A stretch of 64,000 bases of DNA from Candidatus Dojkabacteria bacterium (GTDB lineage: Bacteria; Patescibacteriota; Dojkabacteria; B142; WJKM01). Below, piece after piece: positions 10,201 to 17,545 of the stretch (the stretch's first letter is position 1; each line of letters begins with the position of its first letter). A model generated the notes under the pieces. That model did no database searches and was not told the DNA's origin. It was given only the letters and a program-made list of their open reading frames with translations. The stretch covers positions 4,345 to 68,344 of the forward strand of contig WJKM01000004.1 of assembly GCA_014729085.1 (NCBI GenBank). Direction: 5' to 3'. The position numbers were made by a program, and so were the translations under genes.

Positions 10201-10605
10201 CGAAAGATGGTTATTGTAGTTGACAAAACATTAGAAAATTGGAAAGTTCTAAATATAGTTGGGCATGTATCTGCTTATCTAGGACATCAGATGGATGAAA
10301 AATTCAGTTCCGGCCCTGCATATAGAACAAAAGACGGAGTAAGATATGATAGAAGTTGCCAATATCCAATAATTGTTTTGCAAACTGATTCATCTAAATT
10401 GTTAGACCTCAAGGATCAGTCTGAATTATCAGATATCCTCTCTTTTTCTTTTACTAAACAACATCTAGAAATTGAGAAGGATGAAGATGTTGATGCATCC
10501 ATTTCAAATCTTGAAGAAAAAGAAATTGAGCTTTATGGTGTGGGTTTAGTAGGGGAAAAAGAAAAGTTAGACAAACTTACAAATAATTTTAAACTATGGA
10601 AGTAA
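7282..10605 (+). CDS. lysS: lysine--tRNA ligase (class II) fused to an HD phosphohydrolase domain, a B3/4 (PheT editing-like) domain and a DUF2000-like C-terminal domain
   Basis: Single uninterrupted 1107-aa ORF. Residues 1-500 are canonical class II LysRS (OB fold, FRNEG motif 2, GLGPGIERL motif 3). The HD domain spans about nt 8860-9440 (HAKMVAAAMQDYAEDLGANPHLWYITGLLHDLDY). The B3/4 domain spans about nt 9510-10060 (NNVVDTYNITSAELGIPMAAYDLDKIEGRLSLRFANKGESI...LVYADNKGITCMDFNYRDADRTKIT). The C-terminal 150 aa (VVVDKTLENWKVLNIVGHVSAYLGHQ) look DUF2000-like, a family reported to have a peptidyl-tRNA-hydrolase-like fold. Confidence 0.85.
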   Translation: MGKTKSTLAQIRQFRIDKANALREKGIEPYPTKASRTNYSDEIKKNYSDFKDKKVTLAGRLMSWREHGHIIFGDIQDQKGVIQLYIKEDTLNATNKQKQSIGFEDLELLDIGDIIEATGIITKTKSGEISILAQQIKILTKAIRPLPEKWIGLTNKEKIFRKRYLDLIVNPEKKYRFEKSAQIVAAIRQFLNDKGFLEIKTPIIQPLYGGTNARPFKTYMNALSTDFYLAISHELYLKRLITAGFDNVYNIAGYFRNEGIDRSHNPEFQMIETMSAFHNYEYNMDLIEELYQFIGKNVFKKNIFKVSGQDVDFSKPWERIMMIDAVKKYADINFNKINDIDSAHNILAKIGYEEDKPNTIGECMVKVFEEKVEEQLIQPTFITGHPVEISPLAKQMPSDSRFVERFEIFIGGIEGGDNWTELNDPVELYERLKEQVERGRGGDDEFHPMDVDFIECMEYGMPPTTGLGPGIERLQMMYLETEYIDDVIFFPIQRPAPPTELQKELYGAEYLESKEKELKIQSIEQKDLDKLPSKIDALDLLHKYVDDDYQVLHAKMVAAAMQDYAEDLGANPHLWYITGLLHDLDYAKYPDKHPYQELEWFKEWKYPDQFIHAVAAHDHLTTGEEPETLLAAVLLAVDELSGILYAYSKMRDKNFSGMKAKSAIKKLEDKNFAAKISRDEIKHGIKLSKLDLEPHIKNMITTFDNMKEFGGDKDYTDKVETKVHSLLTKKLKLAEITSEVKEKFPGIKFGYIVLEDVKVDKKDKNLDKLKKEIISKLESQYTDKSEIKENDRIEGFRKIYKNSGVDPNSRLNSAEALLRRIVSGNGIYNVNNVVDTYNITSAELGIPMAAYDLDKIEGRLSLRFANKGESIIRIGEEKPKLIEKGELVYADNKGITCMDFNYRDADRTKITKETNKIIVFIDGHQTISQKEILSSLNLLGQRLETYTEGKVIGYGTSWEEDKVLNEEIKQDMSRKMVIVVDKTLENWKVLNIVGHVSAYLGHQMDEKFSSGPAYRTKDGVRYDRSCQYPIIVLQTDSSKLLDLKDQSELSDILSFSFTKQHLEIEKDEDVDASISNLEEKEIELYGVGLVGEKEKLDKLTNNFKLWK

Positions 10606-10684
10606 TTTCTAATTTTGATTTAAAAATCAATAGGTATATAATCTAATCATATTTTGATTTTAAAATTTAAATAATTAAATTCCT

Positions 10685-11077
10685 ATGAAAACCTTAGTTC
10701 TTCCAAAGAAACTAAAAATTTCAAAAAGAAATCTTCTTTTTGAACTTATAGCGGGATTCATTATTTATTCCTGCATTATGCCCTTAATTATCTTTGATAT
10801 TTGGGCATCTATATATCAATGGATATACTTCGGTCTTAAAGGAATACCAAAAATCTCTAAAAATGATTTTATAGTAATTGACAGGCATCAACTGAAAAAA
10901 TTAAACATTTTTCAAAAAGTCAACTGTATATACTGTGGTTACGCAAATGGTTTAATCGCATGGATAAAAGCAATAATCAACCAAACGGAACTTTACAGCT
11001 GTGCTATTAAACATAAATCTCCATCCATTGGTCAGGAACATCAAAAACATTTCTATGATTTTGATGACTTTGTATAA
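10685..11077 (+). CDS. hypothetical small membrane protein with CxxC and distal Cys
   Basis: 130 aa. One or two predicted TM helices and CIYCGYANG...C. Confidence 0.45.
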   Translation: MKTLVLPKKLKISKRNLLFELIAGFIIYSCIMPLIIFDIWASIYQWIYFGLKGIPKISKNDFIVIDRHQLKKLNIFQKVNCIYCGYANGLIAWIKAIINQTELYSCAIKHKSPSIGQEHQKHFYDFDDFV

Positions 11078-11100
11078 ATTAAAATCTTAAAGCAATCAAT

Positions 11101-11643
11101 ATGCCATTACCAACTCGAGCTGAAGCTCAAAAACTCCTTGAAGAATACGTCACAGAGCCTTATCAACTATTACATGCCAAAATGAATGCTTTAGCGTTAG
11201 AAGCTTATGCAGAAAAATTTGGTGAAGATAAAGATTTATGGTATATCACAGGCTTATTACATGATCTGGATTACGACAAATTTCCGGATGAACATCCCGA
11301 TAGAGAACTTGCCTGGTTTAAAGAATGGGATTATCCAAAAGAATTAATTCATGCAGTTGACGCTCATGCATTCGGATACAAGGATTATATGACCGAACCA
11401 CAAACTAAACTTGCCAAAACATTGCTTGCAACCGATGAACTCTGTGGAATTATACACGCATATTCCTTAATGAGACCAACTGGTTATGAAGGTATGAAGG
11501 CAAGCAAAGCAAAGAAAAAATTTAAAGACAAAAGCTTTGCAGCTAAAGTTGATCGAGATGTTATAAAAAAGGGTGTAGATGCGATGGAAATTGACCTAAC
11601 TGAACATCTAGCTTTTTTGATTGGAGTCTTTCAAGATTTATAG
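11101..11643 (+). CDS. HD-domain phosphohydrolase, paralogue of the HD domain fused to LysRS
   Basis: DLWYITGLLHDLDYDKFPDEHPDRELAWFKEWDYP aligns almost residue for residue with HLWYITGLLHDLDYAKYPDKHPYQELEWFKEWKYP in the LysRS fusion. The overall YqeK/HDIG-like pattern is H...HD...H...D. Confidence 0.7.
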   Translation: MPLPTRAEAQKLLEEYVTEPYQLLHAKMNALALEAYAEKFGEDKDLWYITGLLHDLDYDKFPDEHPDRELAWFKEWDYPKELIHAVDAHAFGYKDYMTEPQTKLAKTLLATDELCGIIHAYSLMRPTGYEGMKASKAKKKFKDKSFAAKVDRDVIKKGVDAMEIDLTEHLAFLIGVFQDL

Positions 11644-11660
11644 ATTTTAAATTTGTCAAC

Positions 11661-12614
11661 TTGACTTCAAATACTATAAAAAAAATAAGTATTATTGTTC
11701 CTGTATACAATGAAGAGGAAGTGATAAATAAATTTTTTCAGAGAACTAGAAAGATCCTGGAAAAAATAAAATATAAATGGGAATTAATCTTTGTAAACGA
11801 TGGAAGCACTGATTCGACTTTACCTCTCCTGATTAAACTAGCTGAACAGAATTTAGATATTAAAATTATTAATTTTTCAAAAAACTTTGGCCATCAGCAA
11901 GCAGTTACAGCTGGATTTGACTATGCGAATGGTGATGCAGTTATTTCAATAGATGCAGATTTACAAGATCCTCCTGAACTTATCCCCAAGCTGATTGCAA
12001 AATGGGAAAAAGGAAATGAAGTGGTACACGCAAAACGTAAATCCAGGAAAGATGGCATATTAAAAATTTTAACTGCCACAATTTTTTATAAATTTTTGAA
12101 TCTTTTACTTCAAACCAAAATACCAGAAAATGTAGGTGATTATAGATTGTTGGATCGAAAGGTTATTCATGTATTTAAAAAACTGCCTGAAAAAAACCGG
12201 TATCTTAGAGGTCTTTCCTCTTGGGTTGGTTTTAAACAAACTTTTGTTAAATTTCATCGAGATAAAAGACATGCAGGGAAAACAAAATATTCTCTTGCAA
12301 AAATGCTTAAATTGGCTTCAAACGCAGTTTTTTCATTTTCAAGATTTCCTATTAGATTGGCAAGATACTTGACTGTCATATTTGGTCTATCTTCTTGTGG
12401 AATTTTTATATATGTTTTGTATTCCTGGATACAAGATAATGTTGTACCCGGATGGGCGTCTCAAATTTTAATCATGCTAATTTTTACTTCAATCAATTTG
12501 GTAATACTAAGCATAATTTCCGAATATGTAAGTAGAATTTATAATCAGGTTCAAGGCAGGCCAATTTATATAATCTCAGACACATACAATATAAATAAAT
12601 CGAAACATGAATAA
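11661..12614 (+). CDS. GT2 polyprenyl-phosphate glycosyltransferase (GtrB/ArnC/DPM1-like) with C-terminal TM helices
   Basis: IIVPVYNEEEVI, VNDGSTDST, ISIDADLQDPPELI, plus a C-terminal hydrophobic pair. Apparent TTG start at 11661, since there is no in-frame ATG before the VPVYNEE motif. Confidence 0.75.
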   Translation: MTSNTIKKISIIVPVYNEEEVINKFFQRTRKILEKIKYKWELIFVNDGSTDSTLPLLIKLAEQNLDIKIINFSKNFGHQQAVTAGFDYANGDAVISIDADLQDPPELIPKLIAKWEKGNEVVHAKRKSRKDGILKILTATIFYKFLNLLLQTKIPENVGDYRLLDRKVIHVFKKLPEKNRYLRGLSSWVGFKQTFVKFHRDKRHAGKTKYSLAKMLKLASNAVFSFSRFPIRLARYLTVIFGLSSCGIFIYVLYSWIQDNVVPGWASQILIMLIFTSINLVILSIISEYVSRIYNQVQGRPIYIISDTYNINKSKHE

Positions 12615-12822
12615 ATCTAAGTCCAATTCGGATAAAATTAATAAAAGAGAAAAAATCCGTATCCTTGCAACATGTTCTGGTTGTTTAATATTTATATGTT
12701 TTATTTGTTTATTAATAAGTTATATAATTGTTAACAACCAAAGTTTCAAAAAGGGGTATTGTGACGAATGGGAAATTCAAGGAGCTGAACCTGAATTAGA
12801 TCCATTAAATCTATGTAACTGA
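12607..12822 (+). CDS. hypothetical small single-pass membrane protein
   Basis: 71 aa with one hydrophobic helix (CSGCLIFICFICLLISYIIV). Confidence 0.3.
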   Translation: MNKSKSNSDKINKREKIRILATCSGCLIFICFICLLISYIIVNNQSFKKGYCDEWEIQGAEPELDPLNLCN

Positions 12823-12845
12823 TCTTATTTCTTAAAATTTATAAT

Positions 12846-13184
12846 ATGGAAGAAAATAAAAAGAAGAAAAAAGGACCTTTATTTTGGATTGCATCAACTA
12901 GTTTATTTTGGCTGATTTTCATATCCTTAATTACTTTAATTCTATTTGTGTTACTTGCCTCTAATAGAAATATACAAATTATGGCTCTCGAAAAAATTCA
13001 AAACCAAATGGGGCTAGAAACTGATTCTCCCTTGCTAAAATCAGAAAGGGAAGAATCTTTAGAGCAGGAATTGGAAGAAGCTAAAGAGGACCTAAAAGAA
13101 GTTGAAATTGAATTAAAAGTGGAAAAAGAAATTAGACAAGAACTCCTTAAAAATTGCAAGTCAAATTCAGGAGATTCTCTTTAA
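12846..13184 (+). CDS. hypothetical membrane-anchored coiled-coil acidic protein
   Basis: 112 aa with an N-terminal TM segment and an E/K-rich heptad-like tail. Confidence 0.4.
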   Translation: MEENKKKKKGPLFWIASTSLFWLIFISLITLILFVLLASNRNIQIMALEKIQNQMGLETDSPLLKSEREESLEQELEEAKEDLKEVEIELKVEKEIRQELLKNCKSNSGDSL

Positions 13185-13248
13185 TACATAATTGAAAAAA
13201 TTCTAAGGTTTATATTATAATTACCTTTATTTAGTATACTATAGCGTA

Positions 13249-13527
13249 ATGGAAGAAACATTTATGTTGAAAGATGTACGTGAAGTTCCATTATGGGATC
13301 GATACTGGAATGGACATTTTACGCATATAACTCATTATACTACTCTGGAAATACCTCCTAACTTACAACCCGTAATTAGGGAATCTTCTATACCATTACC
13401 ATTATATGATAGAGCCGAAGACTTAGCTAATGGTATATGGACAATAAATATCCCTTTGAGTGCTTTTAGCAATGATAAACAATTCTTTTTGGCACAGATA
13501 CACCCAAATCTTACTAGAATTAATTAA
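13249..13527 (+). CDS. hypothetical protein
   Basis: 92-aa ORF with no recognisable motif. Convergent with the transferase gene. Confidence 0.3.
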   Translation: MEETFMLKDVREVPLWDRYWNGHFTHITHYTTLEIPPNLQPVIRESSIPLPLYDRAEDLANGIWTINIPLSAFSNDKQFFLAQIHPNLTRIN

Positions 13528-14153
13528 TTATCAACTCTCCTCCATTTTCTTAAGGCTTTTTCCCAAACCTGAAGCCCTTTAAACTGCTGCTTATATTTCT
13601 GGTCTGATCCAAGATACATATAATTTTTTTCATTTTCTTTTGCCCATAAAATTGCTTTAAGCATCATACCCATGCCTAAATTATTTGTATCTATATCCAA
13701 ACGATAGAACGGATAACAATAGTGTACTATAAGATTAGTTTGAAGACATATTGCGTATCCTAGTTTTTCTTTATTCAGATTCTCTTTTGAATAACTAAAC
13801 AATAGATTATAATTATGTTCGTTTGTTAATAATTCTTTTATTTTATTAGCACTAAATGTATTATCTCCAAACTTTGTAGTATAAAAATTCTTTCCCATTT
13901 TATGGATTCTCCAGTCATAATCTTGTTTGCTTATTGGAAGCTTAATAGAGTTTAATTTCAAACCATCTACTTTCCTTAGAATTCTTCGATTTTCACTTGT
14001 AAGTTTGAATTGTTTCAAATCAATTCTCAAACTTTTTATTTGATTCATCGTACCTCTTGCAATTCTTGTCATAACAAATCCTCTCGAATACATATTTTCT
14101 ATTTTTTTGTCAGTAAAATTACTTATATTTTTGGTTTGATACTTAAAATACAC
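13524..14153 (-). CDS. aminoacyl-tRNA--protein transferase of the ATE/Bpt (arginyl/leucyl transferase) family
   Basis: N-terminal half SRGFVMTRIARG...SLRIDLKQFKLTSENRRILRK resembles ATE_N (GFRRSG ... F.ps.sqRR.lr). C-terminal NLGMGMMLKAILWAKENEKNYMYLGSDQKYKQQFKGLQ resembles ATE_C (SLGt..iL..ie.ak...l.YvYLGYwI..c.KM.YK..F.P). The ATE_N cysteine cluster is absent. Confidence 0.55.
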   Translation of the reverse strand: MYFKYQTKNISNFTDKKIENMYSRGFVMTRIARGTMNQIKSLRIDLKQFKLTSENRRILRKVDGLKLNSIKLPISKQDYDWRIHKMGKNFYTTKFGDNTFSANKIKELLTNEHNYNLLFSYSKENLNKEKLGYAICLQTNLIVHYCYPFYRLDIDTNNLGMGMMLKAILWAKENEKNYMYLGSDQKYKQQFKGLQVWEKALRKWRRVDN

Positions 14154-14180
14154 TGGTTTAAAAAAATGAACTTAATTTAC

Positions 14181-14402
14181 TTATTCAATTATAACGGTTT
14201 TTATTCTGGATTTCTGGCCAGATTTAATTTGAATTGATGATTTGGACACTCTAAGATGCTCTGAAAGAAAATTAACAAGCTCAATATTCGCTTTATTATT
14301 CTCCGGAGCTGCTGCTAAATCAATATGTAAATCAATATCTTCCCTGCCTTTAACATTTCTGATTTTAGTTTTTGGTTTGTTTGGGTAGACTTTTATCCTC
14401 AT
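14181..14402 (-). CDS. YggU/DUF167 family protein
   Basis: 73 aa. KVYPNKPKTKI...LHIDLAAAPENNKANIELVNFLSEHLRVSKSSIQIKSGQKSRIKTVII matches the UPF0235 pattern. Confidence 0.7.
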   Translation of the reverse strand: MRIKVYPNKPKTKIRNVKGREDIDLHIDLAAAPENNKANIELVNFLSEHLRVSKSSIQIKSGQKSRIKTVIIE

Positions 14403-14403
14403 T

Positions 14404-16983
14404 TTAATTATCTGCTTGATATTTATCTAATAATTTTTGTTTCTCTATTGCTTCAGCAAGCATCTGCATATAAAGTGCAAGTCCTACGTTTTGTATATTA
14501 CCGTGCTGTTGCTTACCAAGTAAATTTCCTGCACCACGTATTTCTAAATCTCTGGAAGCTAATTTAAACCCAGATCCCAGTTCTTGATTTTCAACTATTG
14601 CTCTAAGTCTCTCTTTATATTTCTGATTCTTTCTTTTCCTTTGAATCGCCTCAATTTCTTCATCATCTAGATCAACCTGGGTTTCGACAGACGACGAACT
14701 TAACTCATCTCCTTTATAGTAAATATAACAATAAGCCTGCTTTTCAGACCTTCCGACCCGTCCTCTAAGTTGATAAAGTTGTCCTAAACCAAAATTCTGG
14801 CCATTGTTTATAATTATTGTATTAACATTAGGCATATCTATACCATTTTCTATTATGGTAGTACATATCAAAACATCATATTTTTTATCATAAAACATGG
14901 AAATAGCCTCATCTAATTTTCTCGAACTCATCTGGCCATGCCCAACAATAAATCTAATATCAGGTAACAACTTTTGCAATCGAGCTCTAATAGATTCTAT
15001 AGTTTCGACTCGATTATGAATAAAATAAACTTGCCCACCGCGTTTTAATTCATTCTCTATTTGAAAAACAATTTTTGTCCAATCAAGTTTAGCAACTTCA
15101 GTTTTAATTGATCTGCGATCGTCAGGAGGGGTTGCAATAATTGAAATATCCTTTATTTGAGATAATGCCATACTTAAAGTCCTCGGAATTGGAGTTGCTG
15201 TCATAGCAAGTGAATGAGCTGTATATTGAAGTTTTTTTATTTTTTCTTTTTGCTTTACTCCAAATTTTTGTTCTTCATCGATTACAATGAGTCCTAGATT
15301 TTTAAATTCAACATCATTGGATAAGAGTCTATGTGTACCAACTAATATATCCAGACTTCCTTTTTTAGCTTCTTTTATTATAGTTTTATTAACACTTGGT
15401 GTATGAAAACGGGATACATAATTTACATTGATCCCGAAATTCTCAAATCTTTCTTTAAAAACTTTAAAATGTTGAGCAGCAAGGACAGTTGTAGGGCAGA
15501 GTACAGCTACTTGTTTTCCGGTCTCAATAATTTTAAAAGCAGCTCTCATTGCAACTTCAGTCTTACCAAATCCTACATCTCCAACTATCAATCTGTCCAT
15601 TGGTTTTTCTGAACTCAAATCTTGTAATATGTCTTTTATTGTTGTTTTCTGATCTTCGGTTTCTTCATATGGAAAAGCCTGTACAAATGACTTATAAAAT
15701 TCTGTATGAATTTCATTAAGTTTTTCTGCTTTCGCCAATTGTACCTTAGCATAGTGCTGTACCAAATCTCGAGCAATTAATTCTATTGATTTTTTAGTTT
15801 TTTTAACAGTTCGTTTCCAATTACCTTTATGAAGCCTTGTGATATCGGGATCTTCTTCTGTAGTACCTATATATTTTGTTATCTTCTGAATTTGAGAAAT
15901 GGGAACAAGTAATTCATCTCCTTTGGCATACTGAATTAATAAGTAGTCATCTAATCTTTCGGTTTTAATAGTCTGAAAATCTACTGTTTTAGTTTCGATA
16001 ATCTTTTCCTGTTTAATACCTTTATATATTCCAATTCCATGATCTTCATGGACAACATAGTCATCAAGTTCTATTTCTCCTTCTAACTTTTCTAATATTT
16101 TTTGGGCTTGTTTTGTTGTTAAATCTTTTCTTTCCTTTTGTAAAAAAATTGTTCCAAAGAGCTCTCGATCAGTGAGTAAAATCATTTTTAACTTTTGAGA
16201 AGAAAAACCAGCTTGATATCCATTATCTTCAAGTTCTATTAGATATTTTCTTTGTTCAACAGGAATTTCATTTTTATGTCTTGTATGTATGAAAATCTTC
16301 CAATTATCGTCTTCAAGCTTTTTAAGATAATCATTTAATAAATCAAATCTTTTATAAAAAAGTTGAGGATAAGTAAAATCGAAATTAAATCTTGTGATAT
16401 AAAACCCTTGAATTATTTCTTCTTCATCAAATTGAATATGTGAAAATAAAAGTACCAAGTTTGGATTAAAATTTTCATTGCCGCTTATCTTGATTTCATA
16501 CCAATCTATTTTATCCGGAAGCTTAGCTATATCCCCAATTGCAACGCTGTTTATACGTTTAATTTTAGTATTATATACTTCATCATATATCTCGATATAT
16601 TCAATTTCATCTCCAAAATAAGATACTCTTATTGGATGTTCATATCCAATGGGCCAGAACGTAATACTGTCTCCTTTAGTTGAATATTCTGATACTGTCT
16701 CGACTTTACTAGTTTTTTCAAAGCCATTTTCTTGTAGTGTGAATTCGAGTCCAGCAAATGAATATGCTTCATCTTCTAAATTAAACATGGACAAGGAGTT
16801 AATGTATTTCTGAATATCAGAATTATTTCTCTTTGAATAAACGAAATTTTGTTTAATTGTATTGACTAATTCCTGAATAAAATTTTCCTGAAGATGGGGA
16901 AGTAACCCACTTACAAGAAATAGTGTAGGTTTATTATAAAATTTATTTTCAATTTCTAAACTTGTGAATATTTGCATGATCAA
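14404..16983 (-). CDS. mfd: transcription-repair coupling factor Mfd (short form, 859 aa)
   Basis: RNAP-interacting CarD/TRCF domain (DDYVVHEDHGIGIYKGI). Helicase motifs LIVGDVGFGKTEVAMRAA, DEEQKFGV, QVYFIHNRVETIE. C-terminal TRCF domain (LLGKQQHGNIQNVGLALYMQML). Confidence 0.85.
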   Translation of the reverse strand: MIMQIFTSLEIENKFYNKPTLFLVSGLLPHLQENFIQELVNTIKQNFVYSKRNNSDIQKYINSLSMFNLEDEAYSFAGLEFTLQENGFEKTSKVETVSEYSTKGDSITFWPIGYEHPIRVSYFGDEIEYIEIYDEVYNTKIKRINSVAIGDIAKLPDKIDWYEIKISGNENFNPNLVLLFSHIQFDEEEIIQGFYITRFNFDFTYPQLFYKRFDLLNDYLKKLEDDNWKIFIHTRHKNEIPVEQRKYLIELEDNGYQAGFSSQKLKMILLTDRELFGTIFLQKERKDLTTKQAQKILEKLEGEIELDDYVVHEDHGIGIYKGIKQEKIIETKTVDFQTIKTERLDDYLLIQYAKGDELLVPISQIQKITKYIGTTEEDPDITRLHKGNWKRTVKKTKKSIELIARDLVQHYAKVQLAKAEKLNEIHTEFYKSFVQAFPYEETEDQKTTIKDILQDLSSEKPMDRLIVGDVGFGKTEVAMRAAFKIIETGKQVAVLCPTTVLAAQHFKVFKERFENFGINVNYVSRFHTPSVNKTIIKEAKKGSLDILVGTHRLLSNDVEFKNLGLIVIDEEQKFGVKQKEKIKKLQYTAHSLAMTATPIPRTLSMALSQIKDISIIATPPDDRRSIKTEVAKLDWTKIVFQIENELKRGGQVYFIHNRVETIESIRARLQKLLPDIRFIVGHGQMSSRKLDEAISMFYDKKYDVLICTTIIENGIDMPNVNTIIINNGQNFGLGQLYQLRGRVGRSEKQAYCYIYYKGDELSSSSVETQVDLDDEEIEAIQRKRKNQKYKERLRAIVENQELGSGFKLASRDLEIRGAGNLLGKQQHGNIQNVGLALYMQMLAEAIEKQKLLDKYQADN

Positions 16984-17035
16984 AATAATACAGGGTTATT
17001 ATACATATTCAAGGGCATAAACTAAACTGAAAGTT

Positions 17036-17461
17036 TTATTGGGAAAGATGGGAGGTAACTTTTTTAAGTAATTCATCGAGGTCAATATTCGCTTTGATGA
17101 TATGGTCAACAACACCTAGTTCCTTGGGTGAAGAATAATTATTATATAATTCCTGTAATTCACTTATAGAATCCGGTTCATAATTCGTAGTAATTATTAC
17201 AATACCTTGCTCATCTCTAAAGGACTGCTCATTAAAGTTGGTGAGAAAAGCTACTCCATCCATAATGGGCATGAAGATGTCTAAAAGAATAACATCAAAA
17301 CGCATACTCGGAAGCTGGTTTAAAGCTTCTTCTCCATTTGAGGCTTTGTGTACTTCAAAGCCTGCATCGCTGAAAAGATCTTCGTAGATGTTTAGAATAA
17401 AAGGTTCGTCATCTACAATTAAGATTCTTTTTTTATCTCCAATGTTTGAATTATCCGCCAT
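17036..17461 (-). CDS. stand-alone response regulator receiver (CheY-like)
   Basis: KRILIVDDEPFIL...FDVILLDIFMPIMDGVAFL, 141 aa, with no output domain. Confidence 0.75.
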   Translation of the reverse strand: MADNSNIGDKKRILIVDDEPFILNIYEDLFSDAGFEVHKASNGEEALNQLPSMRFDVILLDIFMPIMDGVAFLTNFNEQSFRDEQGIVIITTNYEPDSISELQELYNNYSSPKELGVVDHIIKANIDLDELLKKVTSHLSQ

Positions 17462-17545
17462 TATTCAAAGTTTAGTCAAATATAAACTAGGCAGATGAAG
17501 TCTTATATACATGATAGTACGTTGATACATATTTTTCAATCATTA

